IMG/VR virus record: IMGVR_UViG_3300028453_000003
Origin: a virus
Strand: one strand, 5' to 3'
DNA length: 58,801 bases
Shown here: in pieces, positions 43,795-53,085 of the stretch
How the letters are laid out: every line of letters begins with the position of its first letter
Numbering within the stretch: position 1 is the first letter of the stretch
Position numbers and translations under genes: made by a program
Notes under the pieces: model-generated
What the model saw: the letters and a program-made list of their open reading frames with translations, nothing else
What the model was told of the DNA's origin: nothing
The model's database searches: none

Positions 43795-44134
43795 CTATCC
43801 ACAACTCTTTTATTAATTCATTATTCTCTTTTTTCCACGCTTCATTTTCCTTTCGCAACTGCTCATTCTTTTTATACAAATGTAAAACATCTTGTTCTTT
43901 ATCTTTATTAATTTCTTTCAATTCCTTATTTTCTTTTTTAAGTTTATTATGAATCCTTTTAAACTCGATATTTAACTCCTTTAGTTCTAACAGTCTATCT
44001 ACGGTTGCCTTATGATTATTTTTAAGAATTTCATCTTCTTTTTCATCCTGACAATAACCTAATCTTTTGTTATTTTCATAAAATAATCCATCTTCAACAC
44101 CAAATAAGTTGTTATAATACCACCAATCAACCAT
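43787..44134 (-). CDS. Coiled-coil protein with NEQLRKENEAWKKEN zipper
   Basis: gaggtgg RBS, 115 aa. Confidence 0.5.
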   Translation of the reverse strand: MVDWWYYNNLFGVEDGLFYENNKRLGYCQDEKEDEILKNNHKATVDRLLELKELNIEFKRIHNKLKKENKELKEINKDKEQDVLHLYKKNEQLRKENEAWKKENNELIKELWIDD

Positions 44135-44461
44135 TATACCACCTCATATATTATTCATATCTCAATTCATCTTCTTTAATATTAATCAAGTTCCTTCCAA
44201 TATTTGAATCAATTCCACACCACATATTTGTCATACATCATCACCCTTATATGTAAATAATTCACTCATCATATCACATCATATAATTTTAATAAAATCC
44301 ACAAGCACATTAACCATATCGCTTGAAGTTCAATCCACATTGCAAGTTCACTCATCATCAATCACCATAATGTTCGGACATTTACAATTCCAATACCATA
44401 TAATACAACTATATACAATTGCTAATAAAACAAATTTCTCACTCATCACCTTATGCTCTCC

Positions 44462-44800
44462 TTAAATAGTATCTGCTCCAACTATATTTCTCCTTACCAC
44501 ATACTGCCACCTATAACTATTGCGACAACCACAACTTGGCTTCGCCCACATCGAAATAGTAGGATATTTCGGTTTCACACTCACAACATTATAACTTTTT
44601 ATATGTCCTTTGGAGCGATTGACAATCACAGTATCATAATGCACACCATTGATTTCAGTACAATTCGTTACATTCACTTCACTCTGATTAGCAGTAACAA
44701 TAATATCTTCATCTGCATAATCAACACTCACACAAATCGCTAATAATACAATCACAATGAAAATTCCAATCAATAAACATTTAATGTAGTCGATAATCAC
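44462..44800 (-). CDS. Membrane-anchored protein
   Basis: N-terminal TM segment LLIGIFIVIVLLAICV. Confidence 0.5.
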   Translation of the reverse strand: MIIDYIKCLLIGIFIVIVLLAICVSVDYADEDIIVTANQSEVNVTNCTEINGVHYDTVIVNRSKGHIKSYNVVSVKPKYPTISMWAKPSCGCRNSYRWQYVVRRNIVGADTI

Positions 44801-45093
44801 TCTCCCATCATATCTAAAAACAATTCCTTATTCTCAACTGTAAAACGAATAGTAACCAAATACTCCATCTCCCAAAGCCCAACAAGTTTACCACTTTGGG
44901 GATTAAGGATTTGAAAACCACCTAACCCAAATTCGTGCATATGTCTAAAAATCCCAGTAGGAATCTGATAACCATTGTGCATATAATAATAACCTTTCGT
45001 ATCAACTTCATAAGTATTGAAAACATCACTTACCTTACGAATATCTTCAACATCCAAATCACCATCAAACAACTCTTTTAACTTTTCAATCAT
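44797..45093 (-). CDS. Hypothetical protein
   Basis: ATG at 45093. The track start at 45114 is GTG. Confidence 0.45.
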   Translation of the reverse strand: MIEKLKELFDGDLDVEDIRKVSDVFNTYEVDTKGYYYMHNGYQIPTGIFRHMHEFGLGGFQILNPQSGKLVGLWEMEYLVTIRFTVENKELFLDMMGE

Positions 45094-45229
45094 CAAAATC
45101 ACTTTTCTGCTCACTATAATAATACAAATCTGCTCTCAAATCTTGCAAATCACTAATAATCGCCAATTCAACAATAAGTATTATTAAACCAATAAAAAAA
45201 TTACACAATAACAAAAATTCACTCACCAT
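45086..45229 (-). CDS. Small membrane protein (47 aa)
   Basis: gaggtgata RBS. Translation starts MVSEFLLLCNFFIGLIILIVELAII... Confidence 0.4.
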   Translation of the reverse strand: MVSEFLLLCNFFIGLIILIVELAIISDLQDLRADLYYYSEQKSDFDD

Positions 45230-45236
45230 TATCACC

Positions 45237-45971
45237 TCATTCAATATCTGCAAAGTATTGGTGGCATTTCACAAGTCTATTCTGATTTACTGTTATCAAC
45301 TGCCAACTTGGTGGCTCTAATTGTAAGTATTGTTGGTCTGGGTAACCATCATAACCTAAAAAATGCCCACAATACCCATAAAATATTTGCTTATAACCAG
45401 TAGGAAACCTTTTAAACTCCGACCACCAAATATTTTTATGATTATGACCCTCAAGGTACATATCTGCAACAATATGTTCAGTATTTCTCTCCAATTTCCC
45501 CATAGCCAATGGTTTGGTCTTTGATGAACCTTTACCATGTCTACAAAAAATACTAAAGTCAAAATCATTAATAGAAAATGTATCTAAATTCTGATTGCAA
45601 TAAGTAATCCCCAATTCTCTACACATATCTTTAACAATATTGAAACCAAATTCCTTGTTTAAACGATATTCGTGATTACCAATACAATAACAAACAATAT
45701 CCTCTTTAAATGGTTTGATATTATTAATAAAATATTCTCTCTGCTCTTCAACAGTACAATCTTGCCCATAAGCACTATCCCCAACATTCTTACTTGCAAC
45801 TTCCAACATATCACCAAGCAAATAGATTCGGCGATTTTTAAGAGGTTTTATAGTTTTAAGCATTTGCTTAAACAAATCCTTATTAAAAGTAGGATTCCCT
45901 ATATGCAAATCTGAAATAGGAATGATATTCACTACTGTTTTTGAGTTCAAAGCATATTGATCCAACACCAT
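45237..45971 (-). CDS. Calcineurin-like metallophosphoesterase
   Basis: Motifs DLHIGN, GDMLE, GNHEY, RHGKG and GHNH in canonical order. Confidence 0.8.
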   Translation of the reverse strand: MVLDQYALNSKTVVNIIPISDLHIGNPTFNKDLFKQMLKTIKPLKNRRIYLLGDMLEVASKNVGDSAYGQDCTVEEQREYFINNIKPFKEDIVCYCIGNHEYRLNKEFGFNIVKDMCRELGITYCNQNLDTFSINDFDFSIFCRHGKGSSKTKPLAMGKLERNTEHIVADMYLEGHNHKNIWWSEFKRFPTGYKQIFYGYCGHFLGYDGYPDQQYLQLEPPSWQLITVNQNRLVKCHQYFADIE

Positions 45972-46615
45972 TATATATCACCATCTAATTTTTTCCATTC
46001 AAATCCTTGTTTTTTAACTTCTTTTTCTAAATCTTCTAAATTAACCCTTGAAATATGTTTATGGTAAATTTTCCCATTATTATCTCTTAAGTTAATAACA
46101 TATCTCCAAAGGAATCCTTGTTTGCAACTATTACATTTAACTGTTGAAACTCTATAATATCCAGTAGTGTTCGTGGAATTATGTTTATTTGTACAAGATT
46201 TAGTCATCTTTATCTTATCTTCTATGCTCCAAATTTTTCCAAAATTAGGATGCTTTTCACCACTCATAGCATTACTTATTTTGTCTTTCGCTTCTTTAGA
46301 ATGGTGTTTCCCATACATTGGATGAAGTTCCCCACATCTCCCATAACAATGATGCTCTTTTCCATATTTTGCATCATTTTTTCTATGAAATTTATCGTGG
46401 ACATCTTTTGGAACACATTGTAAATTTTGGATTCGGTTGTCTGTTTTATTGTAATTAATATGGTGAATTACACAATTTTTTGGAATTGGTTTTCCATAAT
46501 GTTCTTCCCATATCAAACGATGTAATAACTGGTTATTATTCCCTTGCTTTTGTGAACTAATTTTATAATACCCATAATTATTCAATGTAGCATTTCCATA
46601 TTTCGTTTCAATCAA
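45971..46615 (-). CDS. HNH homing endonuclease with NUMOD-like repeats
   Basis: HHINYNKTDNRIQNLQCVPKDVHDKFH, plus GKEHHCYG..GKHHSKEAKDKIS..GEKHPNFG. Paralog of 46938-47441. Confidence 0.75.
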   Translation of the reverse strand: MIETKYGNATLNNYGYYKISSQKQGNNNQLLHRLIWEEHYGKPIPKNCVIHHINYNKTDNRIQNLQCVPKDVHDKFHRKNDAKYGKEHHCYGRCGELHPMYGKHHSKEAKDKISNAMSGEKHPNFGKIWSIEDKIKMTKSCTNKHNSTNTTGYYRVSTVKCNSCKQGFLWRYVINLRDNNGKIYHKHISRVNLEDLEKEVKKQGFEWKKLDGDI

Positions 46616-46621
46616 TCTTAT

Positions 46622-46954
46622 TCACCTTTTCTTTTTGTTTATTCCTAATCTTCGTAGTTCGCCTCTGATTTGTCTTAATTCATCATCAAAGTTTTCTTTT
46701 CTTTTTTCGGTTATGTATCCAGTTCCATTTTCTTTTGGTTTTATCCATTTGGTTCTTTTCCATTCGTTTTTTTGGTCTTGCAATGCTTTGGCACTACAAT
46801 CTTTAGTACAATATACTTGCCGATGATGTGTTTTTGCAAAATATTGTCCACAAAATTTACATTTGCAAATTATACTGGCACGATTAAAATGGAAAACACA
46901 ATTGGGTGGTGCATTTTCTTTTATTTTCTTTATATCTTTATAAATTATCTTCAA
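46622..46954 (-). CDS. Basic zinc-finger protein
   Basis: CKCKFCGQ...YCTKDC. Confidence 0.45.
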   Translation of the reverse strand: MKIIYKDIKKIKENAPPNCVFHFNRASIICKCKFCGQYFAKTHHRQVYCTKDCSAKALQDQKNEWKRTKWIKPKENGTGYITEKRKENFDDELRQIRGELRRLGINKKKR

Positions 46955-47441
46955 ATTTATACCACCTTAATCCTTTTTCTCTAACTGCTTTTTCTAATTC
47001 AACAATATTAGTTCTTGAAATAGTTTTCCTATTCCCATCTGCATTAGTATATTCATATCTAAATATGAAACCTTGTTTGCATTTGGAACATTTATTTTTA
47101 TAAACATTGAAAAAACCAACTGTATTCTTGGATTTACTCATTTTAAAACAAGAACTCATCTGATGTTTATTTCCTTTTTTATGTAATTTCAAATGCTCTT
47201 CCTTTTTTAAAAGAGATAAATTACAAATGCAATTATTGACCCTATTTTTATCGTTATGATGAATTTGATAACCTTTGGGGATTTTACCATAATACTTTTC
47301 AAATAATAATCTATGGAAATATTGATGATGGTTACCCTCTTTTCTACTTGTAATTCGATAATACCCATTATCATCTAATTTAGCATTTCCCCATTGGGTA
47401 TGAATTGTATTATTTGGTTTTATTTTTAATTTATACATCAT
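46938..47441 (-). CDS. HNH homing endonuclease (paralog of 45971-46615)
   Basis: QIHHNDKNRVNNCICNLSLLKKEEHLKLH. Both the N- and C-terminal regions align with the neighbouring HNH gene. Confidence 0.7.
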   Translation of the reverse strand: MMYKLKIKPNNTIHTQWGNAKLDDNGYYRITSRKEGNHHQYFHRLLFEKYYGKIPKGYQIHHNDKNRVNNCICNLSLLKKEEHLKLHKKGNKHQMSSCFKMSKSKNTVGFFNVYKNKCSKCKQGFIFRYEYTNADGNRKTISRTNIVELEKAVREKGLRWYKFEDNL

Positions 47442-47682
47442 CCTCTCCTAACCATTCGTACTCATCATCAGTTTCATCTTCATTGAAACCAAGTTCAAAA
47501 TCATAATGATGGAAACATAATTCATTCAATAATAAGAACATCACTATAACAATGCTCCAATAATAATGCCCAGTAGCATTACTCAAGTTGGCTACAAACA
47601 TACTAACCATCAACATACAATATTGGCATAATAATAAGATGAAAAAAAGAATGAAATAAAAGATAGGATTCATACTATTCAT
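47431..47682 (-). CDS. Multi-TM membrane protein with acidic tail
   Basis: Three hydrophobic segments, with C-terminal DETDDEYEWLGEDD. Confidence 0.45.
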   Translation of the reverse strand: MNSMNPIFYFILFFILLLCQYCMLMVSMFVANLSNATGHYYWSIVIVMFLLLNELCFHHYDFELGFNEDETDDEYEWLGEDDV

Positions 47683-47953
47683 CACCAATTTCCTTAAGCA
47701 TAATTTGGAACAGTCTTTTCTTGGATTCCAAAGTAGTTCTTAACTCACGATAATCCAATCTCAATTCACCAATAGTCTGTTCAACATAAGCATCCTTTTC
47801 AGCTACTGTTGGCTTTGCATTACCTATTACTGCACCGAAATCTGTTCCAAGCAAAATGTCGGCTCTTTGTTGCTCATAATCAAATTTACTGTTCCAATAG
47901 TCAGTTTCCATCTCTTCAATCTCATCGTTAAGTTTTCTTATCTCATCTTTCAT
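47675..47953 (-). CDS. Coiled-coil protein
   Basis: 92 aa. Confidence 0.4.
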   Translation of the reverse strand: MKDEIRKLNDEIEEMETDYWNSKFDYEQQRADILLGTDFGAVIGNAKPTVAEKDAYVEQTIGELRLDYRELRTTLESKKRLFQIMLKEIGDE

Positions 47954-48350
47954 TGTAATTCCTCATTGGTTTTAATCCTAATTCTTTTCTGATGTTGTTT
48001 AACTGGCTTTTATCCCAGTTGGCTTCAATTAGTTTCCTTTTAACTTTCCTTGCAAGGTCAAGGGTTTCATAATTGCCAAAATACACATTGTTTTTCCTTA
48101 CAATAAACCCTTTTCTACCTTTCAATATGCTAATGTAAGTATCATTGAAATCCTTTTGTGCTTTTTTTCGTGGTAATCCAGTTGCTTTCCTTGAAAAACC
48201 ATCTTTTCGTATTATTCTTCGCATAATATACCTATACTGTCTTGGAGTAAGTGTGTATTTTGCTTGAAGATTATAGGCACTCATTCCTTGATCCAAATCT
48301 TTTAGAAAGTTAGTCCAGTTTATCGTTGGCTCTACCATCATCATTTTCAC
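47943..48350 (-). CDS. DNA-binding protein candidate (HTH plus AP2-like segment)
   Basis: GFIVRKNNVYFGNYETLDLARKVKRKL resembles an AP2-type fold. The true start is probably one of the ATGs at 48338-48344. Confidence 0.35.
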   Translation of the reverse strand: MKMMMVEPTINWTNFLKDLDQGMSAYNLQAKYTLTPRQYRYIMRRIIRKDGFSRKATGLPRKKAQKDFNDTYISILKGRKGFIVRKNNVYFGNYETLDLARKVKRKLIEANWDKSQLNNIRKELGLKPMRNYNER

Positions 48351-48577
48351 CTATATCGGTACAGTTTAGTATTGTTGCTCTGTTTTTGCACTTCTAAATC
48401 ACGAAAGTAATTCTTTTTCAAAATGTTGCTCACTTTCGTAGATGATAATCCTTTACCTAATTTGCCAAGTTGGAAATCGTTTCCTTGTAGAAATTCACTT
48501 ATTTCTTTTGCAGAAATCCACTTGCCCTTATTGAGTACGAAGTAGCATTTGATTACTCCTTTGGCTCTTTCTTCCAT
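48347..48577 (-). CDS. Winged-helix protein candidate
   Basis: 76 aa, basic. Confidence 0.3.
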   Translation of the reverse strand: MEERAKGVIKCYFVLNKGKWISAKEISEFLQGNDFQLGKLGKGLSSTKVSNILKKNYFRDLEVQKQSNNTKLYRYR

Positions 48578-48583
48578 CAGTTA

Positions 48584-49141
48584 TCACATCTTTTCAGTTC
48601 TTATGATGTAATGACTTGCTCTGAAGTCATCTTCATATTTACTTGCAGTTGTCTTGTCTTGGTCTTGATAGTGGTTACTGGAGTAACTGTATTCTCTATC
48701 GTTCTCTTGTTCAAGTTTTTCCACCACTAATTGACATATTCTGCAACCATCTTCCAGTACGATTGGGTATTTGTTCAAGTTCACTATTTCCAATGTGATA
48801 TGACCCTTAAAATTAGGGTCAATAAAACCACTTGTAATATGCACCAACAATCCAATCCTTGCAAGACTTGAAACTCCCTCTACTCTACCAACATAACCAT
48901 TCGGTATATGCACCTTTTCCAAAGTAGATATTAACACCAGTTCATTCGGTGGTATCACCACACGATTAAAGTTTTCCACCACATCAGTTTCATCGGCTAA
49001 AGGTGGAACTATAACCCCCTTATTCAAACGAAAATGCAAATCAATACTGCTTGGTTGCAAATACAATGAATTAAAAGGTTGTATGAAATCAGAATGTTCT
49101 TTCTGAAGTTCCATCAAACTCCTATCAGAAAGGATGCTCAT
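48584..49141 (-). CDS. dcd: dCTP deaminase (possibly bifunctional DCD-DUT)
   Basis: MSILSDRS start typical of Dcd, plus SSIDLHF and SGFIDPNFKGHITLEIVN. ATG at 49141 lies 5 nt after ggtga. Confidence 0.8.
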   Translation of the reverse strand: MSILSDRSLMELQKEHSDFIQPFNSLYLQPSSIDLHFRLNKGVIVPPLADETDVVENFNRVVIPPNELVLISTLEKVHIPNGYVGRVEGVSSLARIGLLVHITSGFIDPNFKGHITLEIVNLNKYPIVLEDGCRICQLVVEKLEQENDREYSYSSNHYQDQDKTTASKYEDDFRASHYIIRTEKM

Positions 49142-49142
49142 C

Positions 49143-49418
49143 TTATTCACCATCCTTTTTAAACCAAATGTTAAAGTGATTTGACATTGAGTTGGTGCGA
49201 ATTTCTTTTATCTCTCCAAACTCCTCTTCAAATGCTCTTAACAATTCCATTGGTAAGAAATCAACAGTCCAAATTATGATGAATCTGTCTTGGTTGAAAT
49301 TGAACCAAGCAAGACCCATATTGTAGCCATATTTTTCAAGTATGGCTTCCAGTTTCAATCCTAATTCATTTTGCAAGGATTGTAACTGCTCCTTAATCTC
49401 AAAATACTTATCCATCAT
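49143..49418 (-). CDS. Hypothetical protein
   Basis: ORF downstream of the methyltransferase gene. Confidence 0.4.
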   Translation of the reverse strand: MMDKYFEIKEQLQSLQNELGLKLEAILEKYGYNMGLAWFNFNQDRFIIIWTVDFLPMELLRAFEEEFGEIKEIRTNSMSNHFNIWFKKDGE

Positions 49419-49424
49419 TTTCAC

Positions 49425-50177
49425 CTAAACTAATTTTTTCTGTTCGTTCGCTTCGTTTATCCTTTGCTTTGCAATATTATAATAATTTTCATCTAATTCT
49501 ATTCCTATGAATTGGCGATTGGTGTTTATACAAGCGACACCAGTAGACCCACTCCCCATAGTAAAATCCAAAACAGTATCTCCATCATTAGAATAAGTCT
49601 TAATAAGGTATTTCAGTAAATCAACTGGTTTTTGAGATGGGTGTTTCCTATGAAAATTATTACATTCTCCTATCTGATTATTAAATGAAATTAACCTATT
49701 TGGAAATCTTAACCCATTATCTTTGTACTCTTGAGGAGGAATATCTATGCCATAAGTATTAGAACTAACATTATTCCTCTTAAAACTTTTATTAGTTTTT
49801 GCTTTTTCCATTTGAGGGAAATATTTCCCACTTTTTTTATAAAATACCATAATTTCCTCATAATTATTCAGAGGTTGGTATTTTTGAGTAAATCTGCCAG
49901 TACCAACTTGTTTATCCCATATCCAATCATATTTATAATATTTGATATTAGATAATCTCAAATGGCTACTAAAAGGTTCAGTGCCAAACAAAAGTATAGG
50001 GCTATCATCATAAGTTAAATTATCCAAACATTCCCACATTGGCTTAAAAGGAATAATATTATCCCATTTACAAACAGTTGTACCATAAGGAGGGTCAGTT
50101 AAAACCAAGTCCACTTTAATATCTTCTTCTGCAAGTTTCCTCATTTCTTCAAGACAATCCCCTTGTATTAATTTCAT
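49425..50177 (-). CDS. DNA methyltransferase, beta-class (DPPY; N6-adenine or N4-cytosine)
   Basis: Motif IV VLTDPPYG lies N-terminal and motif I DFTMGSGSTG lies C-terminal. Confidence 0.85.
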   Translation of the reverse strand: MKLIQGDCLEEMRKLAEEDIKVDLVLTDPPYGTTVCKWDNIIPFKPMWECLDNLTYDDSPILLFGTEPFSSHLRLSNIKYYKYDWIWDKQVGTGRFTQKYQPLNNYEEIMVFYKKSGKYFPQMEKAKTNKSFKRNNVSSNTYGIDIPPQEYKDNGLRFPNRLISFNNQIGECNNFHRKHPSQKPVDLLKYLIKTYSNDGDTVLDFTMGSGSTGVACINTNRQFIGIELDENYYNIAKQRINEANEQKKLV

Positions 50178-50178
50178 A

Positions 50179-50844
50179 TTATTCCACCTTTTTACCTAAT
50201 GCTCTTAAAACCTCATCTGCAAGACTATCACCAATACCATCAACTGCTAACAGTTTCTTCTTGTCAAGTTTCAACAAATCACGAAGATTCTTCAAGTTAT
50301 GCAAAGCAACAATGTTCTCTGCCCTTTTCTGACTAATTCTTGGAATTGAAACCAAAAAATTATAACAAGGGTTTCGACTCAATTTTTCAACTGGTCTAAC
50401 AACCCTACGATTTGTATCATTGCACTTCTCAAACACAAACCTCATACATTGAAATGCTTCCTTATCATCCTTGAAAGTAACAACATTCGTATAAGTTAAT
50501 AAAGAAGCCATTGCACTAAAGAAATGAGTCTTATGGAAATGGTTTCTCTTTGTGTATTTTTTCCATTGATAACAAGCAACATCAATTGATCCGACCACGA
50601 ATACGAAATGGTAAGGGAAATTGTTCGCTTGGTCTATGGTTTCCTTTTTCAATCTGCCATCGTAGATTGATTGTATGAAGTCAATAGTGGTTTTGAACTC
50701 TATTACTGTATTTCCACAGACATAATCTCCATATTGGAGTTGGGTTTCTTCATAATCGAAACCCCAACTGATAAATCTTCTTTCTGCATACTTTCTTCGT
50801 TCTTTGTGTTCTCTTGAGTCCATATAGATTTTCAAGTCAGTCAT
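50179..50844 (-). CDS. ERCC4/XPF-Mus81-type nuclease with C-terminal (HhH)2
   Basis: GDYV...VIEFKTTIDFIQSIYDGRLKKE fits the ERK-type motif. LLAVDGIGDSLADEVL is an HhH. Confidence 0.65.
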   Translation of the reverse strand: MTDLKIYMDSREHKERRKYAERRFISWGFDYEETQLQYGDYVCGNTVIEFKTTIDFIQSIYDGRLKKETIDQANNFPYHFVFVVGSIDVACYQWKKYTKRNHFHKTHFFSAMASLLTYTNVVTFKDDKEAFQCMRFVFEKCNDTNRRVVRPVEKLSRNPCYNFLVSIPRISQKRAENIVALHNLKNLRDLLKLDKKKLLAVDGIGDSLADEVLRALGKKVE

Positions 50845-51017
50845 AAATCAACTCCTTGAAGTTGTGGAATCAAAATTTTCAAGTAAGATGAATATTCATC
50901 TCTCTTTTTCCTCAACTCTTCTCCTTTCTTGTAGTCAAGGTGTTCGGTTGCAAGGGTCTTGTCAATGTTTTCGATATTGCACCTTACAATCCTCACAGTT
51001 TCATTTATCGGATTCAT
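50841..51017 (-). CDS. Small protein (58 aa)
   Basis: ATG at 51017 follows ggagagagaag. The track start at 51098 is TTG and overlaps the Zn-ribbon ORF. Confidence 0.4.
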   Translation of the reverse strand: MNPINETVRIVRCNIENIDKTLATEHLDYKKGEELRKKRDEYSSYLKILIPQLQGVDL

Positions 51018-51129
51018 CTTCTCTCTCCATAGGTAACAATCTATATACTGTTCCACAAAATTCACATTCTTGTTCAGTTCCATACTTGTCAGTTTCAACG
51101 ATTATTCCATTGCATATAGGGCATTTCAT
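51001..51129 (-). CDS. Zinc-ribbon protein (42 aa)
   Basis: ggtgataaaag RBS. Translation starts MKCPICNGIIVETDKYGTEQECEFCGTVY... Confidence 0.5.
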   Translation of the reverse strand: MKCPICNGIIVETDKYGTEQECEFCGTVYRLLPMEREDESDK

Positions 51130-51250
51130 CTTTTATCACCAAAGGTTAGGTTGTATGGGAAATATGCTCCCAATATTTCATTCATTCTTTCATCATCTAT
51201 TTTCCCATCTTTGCAACATTTGTGCAAGATGTCTAAAAATTCCTTGTTTG

Positions 51251-52210
51251 TTAATGTAGCCATTGTTTTGCTCCTTGTGTTATCCAATATTCTTGTTTTG
51301 GCATTACCACCAAATTTTCAGAGATAAGAGTAAAAATATTACCTTTCCACCCACAACTTGTACAGAAGAAATGAGTTGGAGTTACACAGAAATTTACTGA
51401 ATCATTTTGGTGTTTCGGACACGAACACCATAGGTTCTCCCCATATTCCCTAACTCTTCGTAGGTTGTAAATTTCTTTAAACACTTCTCTTAAGTCTTTG
51501 TTTAGTAAATCATCATCTGTCCTTAACTGGTTGCCATATTGCAACCTTTTAGTTTCAATCTCTTCAAGTGCCTCTTTGTAATGGTTAAAGGCACTTCGGA
51601 TTATCTTATCGTGATAGTGCATTGCATTTTCATAGTAATCCAAGTTTTCGTTTATATCGTGGAATTCACCTTGTTTAATATGTACCACTTGATTAGTTTT
51701 GGGGTGGGTTGAACCGATGAGCCGAATATTACCATCAAGACTACTGTTAAAATTAACTTCATCTAATGAAATCAATTTAAATGAACGAAGATTTAATAAT
51801 TCGATGACATAATGTTTGAAGAACAATGATGGTTCTTCAATAGGTTCATCGAAAAAGACTTTAAAATTAGTAGGTGGTATCTGCACATACAAATGATAAC
51901 CTTTATTAGTTGAGTCTACGATGACACAGTCAATCCCTTTTCTTTCAAGGAACTTACTGATAGTCAAGCAGTCATTCCAAGCCACACTCTTATCATCTTC
52001 ACTATCAAAGTCCAAAATGATATTCCAAACAACACTATCCTTACCATACTTTGTAATGTAAAGATCAGAGCCTTTAGGTTGATTTTCAACTAACCTTTCA
52101 AGTTGATCCACAGACTTTATCCTAACTCGCCTTGCATTACGATTACGATTACGATACACAGTAGTCAAGTAATGTTGCTTATCTTTAAAGATTTCTAAAG
52201 TTCTCATCAT
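51251..52210 (-). CDS. Archaeo-eukaryotic primase-polymerase (PrimPol) with C-terminal zinc finger
   Basis: ILDFDSEDD (DxD), NKGYHLYVQ, LIGSTHPKT, and CSCPKH...CTSCGWKG. Confidence 0.75.
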   Translation of the reverse strand: MMRTLEIFKDKQHYLTTVYRNRNRNARRVRIKSVDQLERLVENQPKGSDLYITKYGKDSVVWNIILDFDSEDDKSVAWNDCLTISKFLERKGIDCVIVDSTNKGYHLYVQIPPTNFKVFFDEPIEEPSLFFKHYVIELLNLRSFKLISLDEVNFNSSLDGNIRLIGSTHPKTNQVVHIKQGEFHDINENLDYYENAMHYHDKIIRSAFNHYKEALEEIETKRLQYGNQLRTDDDLLNKDLREVFKEIYNLRRVREYGENLWCSCPKHQNDSVNFCVTPTHFFCTSCGWKGNIFTLISENLVVMPKQEYWITQGAKQWLH

Positions 52211-52451
52211 AAAACCTCTTCAAACTTGGATTATGGGATAGGTTCTCTTCCAATCGCTCATCGAAAGGTTTACTCCTATCCCAATCATACGATGCAATAA
52301 TCAGTTTCTTCAATTCTCTACACTTTTTACTGAAATCATTTTCAATCGGCATCACTTCCATTCATATTATTAAAGGCAAAATGACAAAGGTTAATAAAGC
52401 ACTTATATACCATAATATTATAAATGCAAATTCAGATATTCCCATTTGACA

Positions 52452-52892
52452 TCACCTCACACTAAATCTTTTCATATATTCTGCAAAATCGTAAGCATTT
52501 GCATTAGCAACCCCAAAAAGAGAATGGTATTTATTATGACAATATTTACACAATGTAATACCATTACTTAATTCCACTCTTAAAGAGGGATAATTTTCAT
52601 ACCCATAGATATGATGAGCAACTAAATGTTTATCTTTTGGAAAACCACAACATTGACAAACTTTATCCCTTTCCTTAACATCAGAAACCCATTGTTGATA
52701 AATGGGAGAATTTCTTGTTACTGAACGACCATCTATTTCATCATAATCTGCTTTCTTGATTTCTTCTATTGTTTCATATTCATTAATAAGAAATTCTTCT
52801 CTGATTTTAAGATGTTTTTCTCTTTTCTTTAATTCTTGCATCTTCCTTGAAATTTCTAAATTAGGATTATTTCTATAAAAAATGGATTCCAT
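52452..52892 (-). CDS. HNH endonuclease
   Basis: CQCCGF...HLVAHHI...NGITLCKYCHNKYH. Confidence 0.75.
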   Translation of the reverse strand: MESIFYRNNPNLEISRKMQELKKREKHLKIREEFLINEYETIEEIKKADYDEIDGRSVTRNSPIYQQWVSDVKERDKVCQCCGFPKDKHLVAHHIYGYENYPSLRVELSNGITLCKYCHNKYHSLFGVANANAYDFAEYMKRFSVR

Positions 52893-52901
52893 ATTTCCAC
52901 C

Positions 52902-53084
52902 TCAATAGAAATAATCTAAAAAATGTTCATAGGATTTAACAATGTGTCTTTTACTGACTTGTATCCTATCATCCAATTCAACAATGTTAATAAAAGGATT
53001 ACTCCTCTCATTCACAATCTTACAAGCAAGTTCCTTTGACTCAACAAAGAAACGATTATTTTGCTCGTCGCTAACTTCAAACAT
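52902..53084 (-). CDS. Hypothetical protein
   Basis: 60-aa ORF. Confidence 0.35.
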   Translation of the reverse strand: MFEVSDEQNNRFFVESKELACKIVNERSNPFINIVELDDRIQVSKRHIVKSYEHFLDYFY

Positions 53085-53085
53085 A

